DNA of 64,000 bases from the human T2T-CHM13v2.0 reference genome, Homo sapiens. The stretch lies in the NCBI RefSeq assembly GCF_009914755.1, contig NC_060939.1. The stretch is one strand, 5' to 3'. The translations under genes were made by a program, and so were the position numbers. Positions 20,820 through 36,212 of this stretch are shown here, piece after piece; within the stretch, counting starts at the first letter, position 1, and every line of letters begins with the position of its first letter. The notes below the pieces were generated by a model. That model was not told the DNA's origin. It saw nothing but the letters and a program-made list of their open reading frames with translations, and did no database searches.

Positions 20820-21290
20820 CCCCGTGGAGCGCAGGCCACACCGTGCCAGGTCCTCCGAGTCGGGAAAGACTCGCTATTCCCGCTTCCCCAGCCCGGAGCA
20901 GGGGCTAATGGAAAAGGCTGCAGCCCCCGGCGCGCGCAGCCTCCTGCTTCTTGGACTTTGGTGAAATTGTGGCTGCGGGCCCGCGCTGCTTCCGATCCAC
21001 GGCGCCGCTCAAGCGAAGGCTCAGGGGGTCCCCCGCCCGAGGCGGCCCCAGAGCCGCCCCTCTGGTCTCCATCCCGGAGCAGCGCCCTTCCACCCTCCTT
21101 GGGCGGCGCTGCCCCAGCGGCCGGGTGTTTTCACCGCCGACCGCGAGCTTCCTACCGTTCATCCATCCGCCGCAGGAAGGGGGCGCACGCGTCACTCGCT
21201 TCTCTCCAATCCGGCTACATCCCGGAGTTCGGTTTTCACTGGAAACGACACCACCGGGGGTTGATGGTCCCTAAGGTGTTCAGCCTGCGA
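20820..21290. promoter_or_regulatory. Second CpG island ~4.4 kb upstream of the SYNM ATG
   Basis: Sharp local CpG/GC enrichment in non-repeat sequence; CCAAT at 21206-21210. Confidence 0.7.
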
Positions 21291-21449
21291 AAGAGGGCTG
21301 TGGTTAAAAAGATAAAAATACACTAGTGCCTTACCGGGTCCTGAGCAATTTGTTTTGTATTAGGTCAATTCTAGAAAAAAAAATTTACAGGTCATTTTTT
21401 TTCATTCAAAGTAAAAACTGTTTTACTGAATCCCATGATCTATCTATCC

Positions 21450-22690
<1,241 letters not shown>

Positions 22691-24462
22691 CCAGGCTCCT
22701 GTGACTTCTGGCTTCCACAGCGGGAAGTATTGGCAAGAGAAGGGAGGTTTGGATGAAGGAAGAACTGGGTTTTCCTCCTCTTGCTCCCTCCTGGGATCCA
22801 TTCTGCTCCTCTTTTCCAGCGCTCTGGGCTTCTCCAGGCTCAGCCAACACCCTAAGGCGCTAACGGCTTCTTAGCTTCTTGCTCTTGCTGGTCCCTGGTG
22901 CTTCCTCATCCCATCCATCCCCATCCCATCAATCATTCCCTTCCCTCTGAGTTTGCCTCTGCTTCCTGGCCAGACCCTGCCTGCTCAAGTCTGCTCTTGT
23001 GGTCACAACTCTAATACTTCTAGTCACTTCACCCCTCCGAGCTTCAGTGTTGTGAGGATTCAGTATGAAGCAGCAGGATATTATCCTGAAAGAGTAGCTG
23101 GGGGTACTTCCCCCCTCCCACCTCCCGGCCCTGCTAGTTCCTGATCCCCTATAACTCTTTCCCTACCGGGGCAGCTGCATGCTGGAGCAGTCAATTCCTC
23201 AGGGACAGGATTTACAGCAGAAATGGGGGAAAGGGTTTTGAGTTTCAAAGTCCAAGACCCTGAAGGGCACTGGGCAAAGAAAGACTAATGAGTCACTGCA
23301 AAGTGTCCTGCTGGGACTCACTGGTCCCTGAGAAGGCTCTCCCACCCTGCAGGGCTGCCCCCTGCCCAGCCAGGGGATGTGGGACAGCAGAACCCGTTAG
23401 CGTGGGGAGTCAAAGAGCTGAGAACAAACAGCTGCAGCGGAGTCCAGGCAACTGTGAGAGCCGCCCCCCCGCACCCCAATGTCCCAGAGGGGCCCAGGAC
23501 CGGCAGGGTCTCCACATAGGTTTGGGCGATGACACCACAGCAGCTCTGGTGTTTGACAAGCAAAGGCCAGGTGTCAGTGTGCACCTGGGGGAATGGGAGG
23601 ATGGACAATGATGGGGTGATGGGGGTCCAAATCCCCCTGTCCCACACCAAGGTGAATGAACCCAAGCACTGAATAAACCCACTTTCCACCCCCACTTAGT
23701 TTTAGCAGAAAAGGACAGGGAATTATTCATTGAAAGATATTAATTTCTACCACCTACAGAATGGGATCTCCAACATAGGGTCTCTAGAAAAAGGAAGGGC
23801 CACTTTCTGCCTTGCTTGTGATTGGAGGCTCATGGCTGTGACAAGGAGAGCACTAGAAGCTTTGTCAGAGGCCCTGGACCAGCTTGCTGAGTAGTCCACC
23901 TTTCCATGCCATCTGTAAAATACACTAACTGCTGGCCCTGCCATGAGGAGCCCTCTGGCCAGTGGATGACCGTCCAGGTCTCGCCCTGGGCACTTGTGTT
24001 GCCACAAGTTCAAGGGCACCCCAACCAAGGGTCAGCTGGTTTGTCCCTGTGAGCCTTAATGACACTTATACTGAGAACTGTCATTCATAAATAACTGCCA
24101 TGAAAACTAATGAAATGCAAGTGTACAAAAAAGAGCTGTGGTTTCCATGGCAATTAAACTGAATACTTTCTTAGGGAAATGCTGGAAAGAAACAGCTGTC
24201 ACATTAGGGGTGTGTGTGTGAGATTTGTAAAAGTTCGGGGAGATGTTAGATGTCTAGAAAGTTCTGTACTTGGAGCACTTTATGGTCTCTAAGTTTTCAC
24301 TCCAAATGAAAGAAATTCGTTTTGGAAAATGTAATGTACTATGAGGGTAGCTTGTATAAGAAGGGCAACTGGGACTCCTGTCAACTGACATCAAGAGAAG
24401 TATTTTGCACATTAAAATACTGGTAAATGGATATATATTTATGTTTTAAGTTAAAAAGATTA

Positions 24463-25159
<697 letters not shown>

Positions 25160-25259
25160 TAAAAATAGAAAAGCCACCAATCTCCAGGGCCTCGGGTAAG
25201 AAGTCGCTCCAAAATCGCCAGCACCACAGCAACTCAATAGGCTTCTATTTCCATCCACC

Positions 25260-26760
25260 AAGGCCAGGACACTCGTATGCTCCCGGACGCCCTCTCCGGC
25301 GTCCCTTCGCTGAGCCCGGCCTGGCTAGCCCGCCACCCCGCCCGCTGTTACCCGACTGCCCGCACCGACCACCTGCGGCCGCCAAGGTGCGGCAGGGGGC
25401 GCTGTGCGGCCGCAGAGGCCGCGCCGGGCCGCGCTCTGATTGGCTGGAGGCCGCGGCCCTCGCCCAGGCCGCCCGCCCAGTCTGCCCGCCCCGTCCGCTA
25501 AGTGTCTGGGCTCTCCCGCTCGCGTCCCAGTCTGCGGGCCTCCGGGGCAGCGGCGAGGCCGGAGCGTCGCGGCGGAGAGGACGAGACCGGGACAAGACCA
25601 GGGCAGGAGGGAGCCGGCCAGCCGCGAGAACCCCGCACGCCCGGCAAGATGCTGTCCTGGCGGCTGCAGACGGGCCCCGAGAAGGCCGAGCTCCAGGAGC
25701 TCAACGCCCGGCTCTATGACTACGTGTGTCGGGTGCGGGAGCTGGAGCGCGAAAACCTACTCCTGGAGGAGGAGCTGCGCGGCCGGCGCGGGCGAGAGGG
25801 CCTGTGGGCCGAGGGGCAGGCCCGCTGCGCCGAGGAGGCGCGCAGCTTGCGGCAGCAGCTGGACGAGCTGAGCTGGGCCACTGCGCTGGCGGAGGGCGAG
25901 CGGGACGCTCTGCGGCGCGAGCTGCGGGAGCTGCAGCGCCTGGATGCGGAGGAGCGCGCCGCCCGCGGCCGCCTGGACGCCGAGCTGGGTGCGCAGCAGC
26001 GCGAGCTGCAGGAGGCGCTGGGCGCGCGCGCCGCCCTCGAGGCGCTGCTGGGCCGGCTGCAGGCCGAGCGCCGAGGCCTCGACGCGGCCCACGAACGCGA
26101 CGTGAGGGAGCTGCGCGCGCGCGCCGCCAGCCTTACCATGCATTTCCGCGCCCGCGCCACCGGCCCCGCCGCGCCGCCGCCACGCCTGCGGGAGGTGCAC
26201 GACAGCTACGCACTGCTGGTGGCCGAGTCGTGGCGGGAGACGGTGCAGCTGTACGAGGACGAGGTGCGCGAGCTGGAGGAGGCGCTGCGGCGCGGCCAGG
26301 AGAGCAGACTCCAGGCGGAGGAAGAGACGCGGCTGTGCGCGCAGGAGGCAGAGGCGCTGCGGCGCGAGGCGCTCGGGTTGGAGCAGCTGCGCGCGCGGCT
26401 GGAGGACGCGCTGCTGCGGATGCGCGAGGAGTACGGGATACAGGCCGAGGAGCGGCAGGTCCGTGCGCGGGGATGGCGCGCTGACCCCATACCCGCTGCC
26501 GTCGCCCCAGCACCCTGCCCTTGACGGCGTGGGGCAGCGGCCCCTTCACCAGGGGCGCGGCGTCGCGGACCGGTAGGGCCCGCCCAGAGGGTGCCCGAAT
26601 GGCATGGGGACCCGGACTCGGTCCGCTGGTCCATCGACTCAGCGGGCGAGCGCGGGGCGGCAGGTCCTAGCGGATAGCCCCGTCCTCGTCATGGGGTTAG
26701 GTGGCAGCTGCTTTAACTCTTGACAAGCGTGACTGGGCGCATCCTGATAGGCCACCCTGT
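25260..26760 (+). promoter_or_regulatory. SYNM: SYNM CpG-island promoter (TATA-less; inverted CCAAT, GC boxes, CTCF-like motif)
   Basis: Very high GC/CpG density; ATTGG at 25439-25443; CCCGCCCC at 25485-25492; GCGGCAGGGGGCGC at 25389-25402. Confidence 0.9.
25649..26458 (+). CDS. SYNM: Synemin coding exon 1 (short head + most of IF rod), 270 codons
   Basis: ATG at 25649 (aagATGc, A at -3) gives MLSWRLQTGPEKAELQELNARLYDYV, with an IF coil-1A LNxRL motif and a long E/R/L/A heptad coiled coil; ends CAG|GT at 26458/26459; 810 nt, phase 0. Confidence 0.98.
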
Positions 26761-28376
26761 TAGCTCTAGGTTTTCCTTCCATTTTCCGTGCTCCGTAGAC
26801 TCAGTAGACCCAGATCTAAGAGTCAACCGAGAAACCTCTCTCACTTGCAGAAGTGACGGCTTATGGTAGCCCCGCTGTCTATAGCGCTCCTCAGGGGAAA
26901 ACTCAAATTAATTTCCAAAACGGTTTTTATTTTGCCAATATGATTTCCCAGTTGGAAGCCGCAGTTGTGGCTCTCTGGGCGGCTGCCTTGTTTGATCTTG
27001 GGAGGGGCAGCAACCCTCATGCAGAACAGAGCTTGATCGAAGATGTTTTGCTCACAGCACACGCTGACGTCAGATCTCTGCGTAGTGTAAAAGTTGTGGG
27101 AAAGTGGGGCCCTTTGGCAGGATGTTATTACAAGTGCAGAGTGATATAAACAGTTACTATTTCAGGGAAGCAAACCCTCTGACACCGGCGGGGTGACACC
27201 TGTGGCTGATGTAAACTATGCCCAGTCCAGCCCTAGCGTTTGGCCCTCGCCCTGCCCTGCCTCAGCCAGAATTGGAAATATTCCCAAATCACACTATCAG
27301 TAGTTCTCAAAAGGACAGATGGAAATAACATCTGCACAATTTCACAAATATTTTAAGAGTACAGTTTGCAGCTGTGAGTTAAAGATTTGAGACTGACTTT
27401 TAAAAATTAGAAGTGAGAGGAACATGGGGGTTGTCATATGGAATGACTGCGGTGATGTGACAGGTATCCACAGGTGATGAGTAAATACCTGTTGATTCTC
27501 CCTGGGTCCCCAGCACTGCCCTAGACTTTCAGTATGCAAAGAGCTACAGGCTAGATGGGAAATCATAGAATGCAATATGGTACTACATTGGGATTTAATC
27601 TTTTGAGTTGTGGGTTTTGTTTGGCTTCCGCCTCATAACTTTTCAAAGTGTTCTCTTGGGGCTTTGCCATAGCTAGAGCAGGGACAGGGACTGACCCAGT
27701 GTGTACCGATTTCCACTTGTGAGCACTTGTGTCCCTTTGCAATGACAGTGGCCAGGGGTCTGAGTTCCACAGGTCCTATACTCGTTGTTGAGTGAAAGTT
27801 AAAAAGTGCCTTAATGTGGCATTCATGGAGATTTGACCAGTGGTTATTTTGACTCTCCAAAAAGGAGTATCTGTCAAACCTACTGCCCAGGGAACCCCTT
27901 TGTAGGGAACCCTCGCTACCAACTCAGGGGTCTGTGCTGTGCAGGCAGGTTTAGAAAATGCTGCTTTGAGCCACGCTGTGTGGACCAAATCGTCACCATG
28001 CGTTCACAGCCACAGCTCACTTGGCACATTTCAGACCTTCAAATTCTGGTTCCAGTGTTCTTTCTTAGCGGCAAAGCCCTTTTCCCCACTAATGAAACCT
28101 TCAGTGGAACTCGTAATGTGAGCCATATGAAAGCAGAGTTCCCCTGACTGGAGGAGACATGGGGACTTGAAGTGCAGTTAGAATCCTGTGCAGCCCTCCT
28201 TTGACACAGGGACTCCAGGGCCCACCGGGGAAGTGCTTTTCCTGAGGTCATACCTGCCCTCAGAGTGAGGCTGGGACCCCACTCTCCGTTTGCCATCCAG
28301 TGATACTTCTCTCTTGTTGGAATTTGCTGCTTTTTCCTAAAAGCAAAGAGCGAGGAAAATGTCAATAAGGACCTGG

Positions 28377-28722
28377 TTTTTTTTTTTGTTTTTTGTTTTG
28401 TTTTTTTTTTGGTTTTGGTTTTGGTTTTGGTTTTGGTTTTTTGAGACGGAGTCTTGCTCTGTCGCCCAGGCTGGAGTGCAGTGGCTGATCTCGGCACACC
28501 GCAACATCCGCTTCCTGGGCTCAAGTGATTCTCGTGCCTCAGCCTCCCGAGTAGCTGGGAGTACAGGATCCCACCACCCCGCCTGGCTAATTTTTGTATT
28601 TTTAGTAGATACAGGGTTTCACCATGTTGGCCAGCCTGGTCTCAAACTCCTGACCTCAAGTGATCCACCGGCCGTGGCCTCCCACAGTGCTGAAATTACA
28701 GGTGTGAGCCATGTGCCCGGCC
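28377..28722 (-). mobile_element. Alu with (TTTTGG)n tail, SYNM intron 1
   Basis: Reverse Alu preceded by TTTTG/TTTTGG repeats. Confidence 0.9.
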
Positions 28723-29019
28723 ATTTTTTTTTTCCAGTTCCAATTTGCAGAGGTTTTACTGCACTAAGTGTTACCAGTCACTACCTTGTCCATATACTGA
28801 ATCTTCCCTCAGTTAACTTAAGTCAACTCCATTTCAAATTGCATTCCAGAAGATTCAGCACCAATCACAGAGATGCTAGGAAGTATGTGAAAGAGGGAGT
28901 ATGGATGATTTAACCCCAAGCCTGTAATTTTTTTCGGGTTCTGTAGAAGCTTACTATGGGGAGAGTGAAAAAATCCTAAAAATGGGTTGAATTAGTATAT
29001 GGTAATAAATATCTTATTA

Positions 29020-29230
29020 CTAAGAGCCTTTAGCAAGTGCTTCGTGTGTGCCAGGTACCACAGATGCCCTTCACAAATATTCACTCTCAGTGCCCACACC
29101 AGTGTTACGAAGTGGGTACTAATATAAGCTCCATTTTACAGAGGAGGAAGCTGAGGCACATAAGTCACCTGATTAGTAAGTAGTTAAGCCAGGATTCAAC
29201 TCAGGCTCTAGTGCCTGAGCAACTGACCGC
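29020..29230. mobile_element. MIR
   Basis: Core motif ccattttacagaggaggaagctgaggcaca. Confidence 0.7.
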
Positions 29231-30073
29231 TGGGCGTCCGTTTCTCTCTTCTGTCTGTTTGATCAGAGAGAAACCTTTAACCAGTATTCTTGCATTCATA
29301 GCATAATGATAATTGCTCTTCCTAAGGGCTAGCCCGAGGTACTCTGCTGATTTCAAGTCCTAAAATGCTTTTAGACCCCTCCAGCTGGCTGAATAGTTTT
29401 GGCATTAAAACTATTTTCTTTCATTTCTTTTTTTCTGTGTTCCATGTGCTTTAATGCCCCCCTCCCCTGGAGGCAGGAGCTGGAGGCAGTAGAGGGTGCT
29501 GCCACATTGTGCCCAGCTCTCCCTGCCTCTGGCTATAGCTTCTGTGGCTCAAGGGGGAAGATGCTTGCTAGGATTCTACTTGAGGGGAAACTGGTCCTTC
29601 CCAGATGGCCCATGCGCCTTCACTGTATGAGGCGGTAGTCGTTGGCCTGCCCCAGGCCTGGCCTCAGATTTGCCCGAGAAGAGTTTGCTGAACTGACATC
29701 CAAGTTCCCAAATGTGATCTAGATCACTTGAAGCCTGAGTGACACACCCAGGCTGCAGGAGGGGGCTTCAGAAAACACTTGAAGACATTTGCGATAAAGT
29801 GGAGACCAGCTTCACCCTGCAAACACGGAGATTTTTGCTTATGAAAGTGAGCCCTTAGCTGCTGAGGCTGACTGGAAAAGGCTTCCAAGCCCCCAAAACA
29901 TGATTGAATGAAAGCTTTTTGTAGATGGGAAGGTGGGGTGGGATTAGGATGGGATTAGCTAAGGGTCAGTGCTCTGCAGCTGTCCTACCTGGCCCTGAAT
30001 TCTGACTCTGCCGCTCTTTGGGCAGGTTACGTTCCTTAACCTGTCTGCAATTCAGTTTCCCCATTTGTGAAAC

Positions 30074-30784
30074 GAGGTACTGGAAGTAGCTCCCAGGGTG
30101 TGTACAACTGGTTCATTCGTTCAGCTAACAGCCGTTGAGCATTTAGTGTGCCAAGCTCAGTTCTTCATGGTTGCAGATTCAGCAGTGAAAAATGCCACGT
30201 AAAACAAAGAAAGTCCCTTGACCTGAGAGGCCTTCAGGTGGAAACAGCGTGTGGTTTTTCGGGGATGCCTCAGCCAGGCTGCCGGTGTGGCTAGGGCACA
30301 GTGAACAGGGGGTAGAGTGGCCACTGCAGGACTTGGGCATTTACTTTGAGTGCCATGGGAAGCCACTGGAGGTTCTGAGCCGAGGAGAGTTGGGGCCTGG
30401 CTGTGGCTTAGTGGAATCACTGTTGCTGCTGTTTTAAAAATAGACTGAGTGGACTCAGGGATGCCTTCAGAGATTGTTGCAGTAACCCAGGCAGGAAGTG
30501 CTCGAGGCTTGGACCAGGGGTCTCAGAGGGGGCCCTGCGTTCAAGTTGAAGCCAACGGCATTTGCTGCCAGATTGAATGTGATGGGAGAGGGAGAAATCA
30601 CAGTGGACTTCAGGCGTTGTGGCCTGAGCAACTGGAAGAAGGGACTTTCCTTGTTTTACGTGGCATTTTTCACTGCTGAATCCGCAGCCATGAAGAACTG
30701 CGCTTGGCACACTAAATGCTCAACGGCTGGTAGTTGAACGAATGAACCAATTGTATACACCCTGGGAGCTACTTCCGGTACCTC
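30074..30784. repeat. Inverted repeat: arms 30074-30219 and 30639-30784 (146 bp each, 137/146 identical), 419-bp spacer
   Basis: Manual reverse-complement alignment, ungapped, 9 mismatches; the peptide KGLSLFYVAFFTAESA appears in both ORF 30157..30420(-) and ORF 30498..30737(+). Confidence 0.95.
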
Positions 30785-30960
30785 TTGTACGCTTTACTGC
30801 GGGGCATTGGTTAGGAGGACGGGCCTGGGTGGGAGATTCAAGTTCCATGTACGTGTGTTCAGTTTGAGATGCTTCTTACACACCCACCTGGAATTGTAAA
30901 ATATAACTGGAGTTCAGGGTGCTGTCTGGGCTAAGCTATAAATACTTCGTCGGCATCCAG
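30110..30960 (-). mobile_element. L2 (3' end and internal segment), disrupted by an inverted duplication
   Basis: ttcattcgttca...gagcatttagtgtgccaag (L2 tail), gggaagccactggaggttctgagc, agtttgagatgc. Confidence 0.65.
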
Positions 30961-32211
30961 TTCGTGCTTATTGTTATGAATACATTTAATTTTTGTGTGT
31001 AGCTGAAGTTATCACAGTATTTAAATCCCCTGGAGCTCTACCTTTCAAGGTTGCAAATGACAGTGATATTTGTGAACTGTCCCACAGGCTTGCTCAGTGA
31101 GCGGTAGCTCAAGTTTGGCTAAGAGAAAATTAATTCTTTTGATACTGACAGCAGCATGCCTTTCCTGGTGTGGAGCAAGATTTCATCATCGGTTGTGATG
31201 CTGCCCAAAAGTTCTCTAAATAGCAAAAAGGTGACCTCTCTCCCAAGCTTTTGCAGCATTAGGTGAAACTGCCTCTGCTCGGGTGAGATGTAGCGTCCCG
31301 TGTCTGGGGCTCCAGTGCCTCTGTCCTGACCCACAGCTTGCTGACTGGCCAAGCAGAGCCCAAGTCTGAAGTTTTATTCCACAGCAGGATTTGTTGTGAT
31401 TTCTGCAGAGACCATTGGGAGCCAGTTAAGTCTTATATTCCTGCTTCCAAACGTCAACTAATTTTCCTTTGACAATTTAGGAGGAGCTGACTCACATGGA
31501 AATGTGACTGAAACTGTACTTATTCCAACTTCAACACAGTTTGATTTTCCTCTTTGTATTTTGTGGGTGCAGAACTATTCTGTGTGCTCTGGGAGGAGTA
31601 TCTTCCTGCACACCCCTTCCACGTGACTAGGCTTTCTTGACCTGCTCAGGAGGTTTGTGGTTGGAGAGCTTTCATCGTATTTTTTTTCTAAGCAGTTTAA
31701 CAACATTTGAACTTCTTTGTAAGGAATAAATTACTATAAATTTTTAATTTGTAATAGTTATGTCAAATTTCCTGTAGTAGGAAGGACACACATACATACA
31801 TACATGCATACCTACAGCCCATCTTGTATGAGAACCTTGTACCTGAATTGTATTCCCTCTAAAACAGGGGAATGTAGGATTTTGACATTGAGATTTAACT
31901 CTAGAATGTGTGAATATTGTGGCTAAATTGTGGCAGTGCTGTCACTTACATCAAGACTGGCAGTTGCTCTTTGGTGAGCTTCTCTGTTTGTAATGCCAGC
32001 TGTGGGATCTGTTATCGTTTTTCCACCCTGGGACATAAGCCAATGATTTTTAAGTTTACTTCTTTGCTTTAAAAGCTAAGGGGTTTTAAACTACTTCAGG
32101 ACCCTTTATATTCAGGGAACCTAACAGCCATCATTGGCATAGAAATAGAACTGTTATGAGAAGTGGGAATATTTATTGGCTGATCATGCATTTTAAAAAA
32201 TGATAAATTCT

Positions 32212-32518
<307 letters not shown>

Positions 32519-33151
32519 AAGATAAATTCCATGTGCAATCTTGTAGAGTTCATTCCTTGGTTTCACAGACATATTTATTATGGACCCTCAGCATCTTGCC
32601 GGGTGCCTTTGGTGAAGGGATTCCAGCAGCAATGAACATAATATTCCCTCTCCCAGTAGTCTTACCGTTTTTGAATTCTACAAAGATAAATGTTTATAGG
32701 TCTAGCTTAGTTTAGTTAATGATGTTCAGAAATAATGCTACTTCCCATTACAAACCAGAAGTTAAAAGTACATGGACTTATTTCAATGTTTAAATACTTG
32801 CTTGGTTAATTGTTCCCCAGAGTAACTAACAACTAGGAATAAAACAAAACTGGAAATCGGTGCAGCTGAAGCCCATATGTTTGTTTGAGAAGATACTGTC
32901 GACTTCAAATAGTACATTTTGAGGAGGGTGATATGATCTTGATCATTTCATTTTAAATTTAATTGAGCAGCTATGTGCTGTGTGACTTGTATGTGGTGGG
33001 CACTGGTCTAGGTCTGGGATTCAGAAGGCCGCAGTATCTCCCTGCCAGGTAGAGAGGCAGGTCGGGGACCCGGCCAGGGGTGAGGGGAGCTGCGAGGAGC
33101 ACCCAGGACGCCCTTACTAGCTGCACTGTGCAATTACGGTTCATAAAGCAG

Positions 33152-33478
<327 letters not shown>

Positions 33479-34039
33479 TGAGTCTGTAGTTTGTCATTTA
33501 TGCCCAGAATGCATTTCTCCCCAGATGATCTTAAAGTAGCTTTTCTAAGTGAAACAAAACTCTGTATCAGTTTACCTGCTTATTGTTGGAGAAATCATGA
33601 CTTTGGGGAGTACATTTCAGTTCAATTCTGAGTGACTTATGTTTTGAATATTGTAAAACCCCTGATTTCTAGTCTTGGCTTATTTTCCATAGCGTCTTAG
33701 TGACTGGTTTGAGGCACTGGCTCTCCTAAGCAGCCTGATGTCTAAACGGTAGAGATGATTTGAATAAACTCCTAAGCATTCATTATTAATAGAGAGTCTG
33801 AACAGAGAAGCCAGTGTCCAATCAAAATGTTCCACATGCAATAAAAAACTTCCATATGGAAGAGATACAACATTGGAAACCATCCTGCAAGTGACTGCAT
33901 GTTTAATAACGCCGGGTGTTTTTCTGGTCTGCTAATAACCCTGGTCTGTTTTTCAATTCGATCCTGAATTGTTGGTACCTTCAGTTCGACCCAGTAAAGC
34001 TCCAGTTCTCTGATATAAAAGTCTGTCTATTCTCTTTAG

Positions 34040-34164
34040 AGAGTGATTGACTGCCTGGAGGATGAGAAGGCAACCCTCACCTTGGCCATGGCTGACTGGC
34101 TGCGGGACTATCAGGACCTCCTGCAGGTGAAGACCGGCCTCAGTCTGGAGGTGGCGACCTACCG
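34040..34164 (+). CDS. SYNM: Synemin coding exon 2 (RVIDCLEDEK...LEVATYR)
   Basis: Acceptor tctctttag|AGA, donor CG|gtaagg; 125 nt; encodes the first half of the IF rod-end signature LEVATYR. Confidence 0.97.
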
Positions 34165-34544
34165 GTAAGGAGACTGTGCTGAGTTGGCCTTGACGAAGCC
34201 ATGGGGGTGTAACTTGCACATGAAGGAAACTGGTCTAGGGACCGTAGCCTTTGTGGAGTCACTGTGGCTTTGTGACAAGCAGAGAGCAGCCCTTGGCATG
34301 GCCAGGCAAGGAGTCCGAGGCCAAAAGGAAGAGGAAGAGTAGGGCTTGCTTAGGTCACTGAGCAGGTGTCTCCAGCAAGGGAGTAGCTGAGCCGTGCCCC
34401 CTTACCTAGTGTTTGTATGTTCTGGGGACTGCTGAAGAGCTTCACACATGTCAACGTGTTGGATCCTAGGAACTGGAGACTGTGTTTACAGATGAACAGA
34501 CTTTGCTCAGAGAAGTTACAGAACTGGAAAGTGGAGGGCCAGGA

Positions 34545-34913
34545 TGTGTTAGTGTGTTTTCACACCGCTATAAAGATCCTACCTGAGCCTGGGTAATTTA
34601 CAAAGGAAAGAGGTTTAATTGACTCACAGTTATTCCGCAGGGCTGGGGAGGCCTCAGGAAACTTACAATCGTGGCGGAAGGCAAAGGAGAAGCAAGAACC
34701 TTCTTCAGAAGGTGGCAGGAGAGAGAGAGAGCTCAGGGGAAACTGCCACTTTTAAAGCATCAGATCTCATGAGAACTCACTCCCTATCATGAGAACAGAG
34801 TGGGGAAAATTGCTCCCATGATCCAGTCACCTCCCACCAGGTCCCTCCCTCAACACGTGGGGGTTACAAATCGAGATGAGGTTTGGGTGGGGACCCAGAG
34901 CCAAACCGTGTCA
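34545..34913 (-). mobile_element. MaLR MST/THE1-type solo LTR inserted into a MIR
   Basis: TG...CA termini, gggtaatttacaaaggaaagaggtttaattgactcacag motif; 5-bp TSD CAGGA at 34540-34544 and 34914-34918. Confidence 0.88.
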
Positions 34914-35859
34914 CAGGATTTGGACCCAGGAAGTCTGTGTCTATCTGCTTGATTGTTGCTTTGAATCTCAGGGCTCTGATGCCACCCTGTGTGGGTTTGG
35001 CCCTGAACTGAATCTCTTCCAAGAGATTAGCATGGTGCATGCTAATGTAGGCCAACTGGCTTTATGTATCAAGATGTTGACTTGAGTTCAAGGTAACCAA
35101 CTCTGATGAAAAGGTCACAAAGCACTCAAAGGGGCTGGGTGCTGGGTGGGGCAGAGAATGCAGTCCAGTCCCCCCGGGTGTGGCCTGCAGGCCGGCGGAA
35201 CAGTGCTCCTCCCCTCCTTGGTATCACCCCTCCCTTCCCCTGGGTGCCAGTGCGTCTTTGATTGAGGTGGTGCCCCTTATTTCCTGGCAGCTCTCATGCT
35301 CAGGGCAGCTATGAAGGAGCCAGGGTCTGTGACGCTTACAGTGGAAGGAATTTTAGAGACCCAGTTGCCCAACTTCAGGAACACTAACAATAGCCAGCTT
35401 TATGGCGTCCTTACTGCCTGCCAGACGTGGTGCTGAGTTCTTTGCCACTATTCTCTGCTCCGAGTCAACTCTGAGGTGGGCACCACTCTCCCCTCTTAGA
35501 GGTGAGAGAGAGAGGCCGGGAGGTTGGGGCTGCAGGCTGGTGAGGGGCAGAGCCAGCCAGGTCTGGTGCCAAAGCTGTGCCATCCCCACCAAGCCGTGTA
35601 AAAAGGGCACAGTGCCTGCTCCGTTCCCAGGATTGTGGAACATGTGGCAGTGGAGGGTGTGAGCAAGCTGTGGAAACTGCTTTGGCAGAAGAGTCAAAGT
35701 CTGGTCATCTCCAGTGGTGTCTCCTTCACAGGTGGCAGATTAAACCTGGAGAGGTTAAGAAGGGGACCAACTCCCCTGGTGAGGGGTAGAGCAGGGACCA
35801 TCCCCAGGCCTAGTTCAGCACATCTTGTAGGCTGCCTGTGTAATCTTCTGATCATGATT

Positions 35860-36212
<353 letters not shown>

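Noticed and set aside
25502-25648. 49-codon in-frame N-terminal extension of synemin in the ORF track
   Set aside because: Begins at a GTG directly after a TAA, at or upstream of the likely TSS; the ATG at 25649 gives the known N-terminus
26459-26524. ORF continuation VRARGWRADP... past exon 1
   Set aside because: Intron read-through beyond the CAG|GT donor
25720-26634. Several overlapping 140-250 aa ORFs on both strands
   Set aside because: Shadow frames of a very GC-rich coding exon
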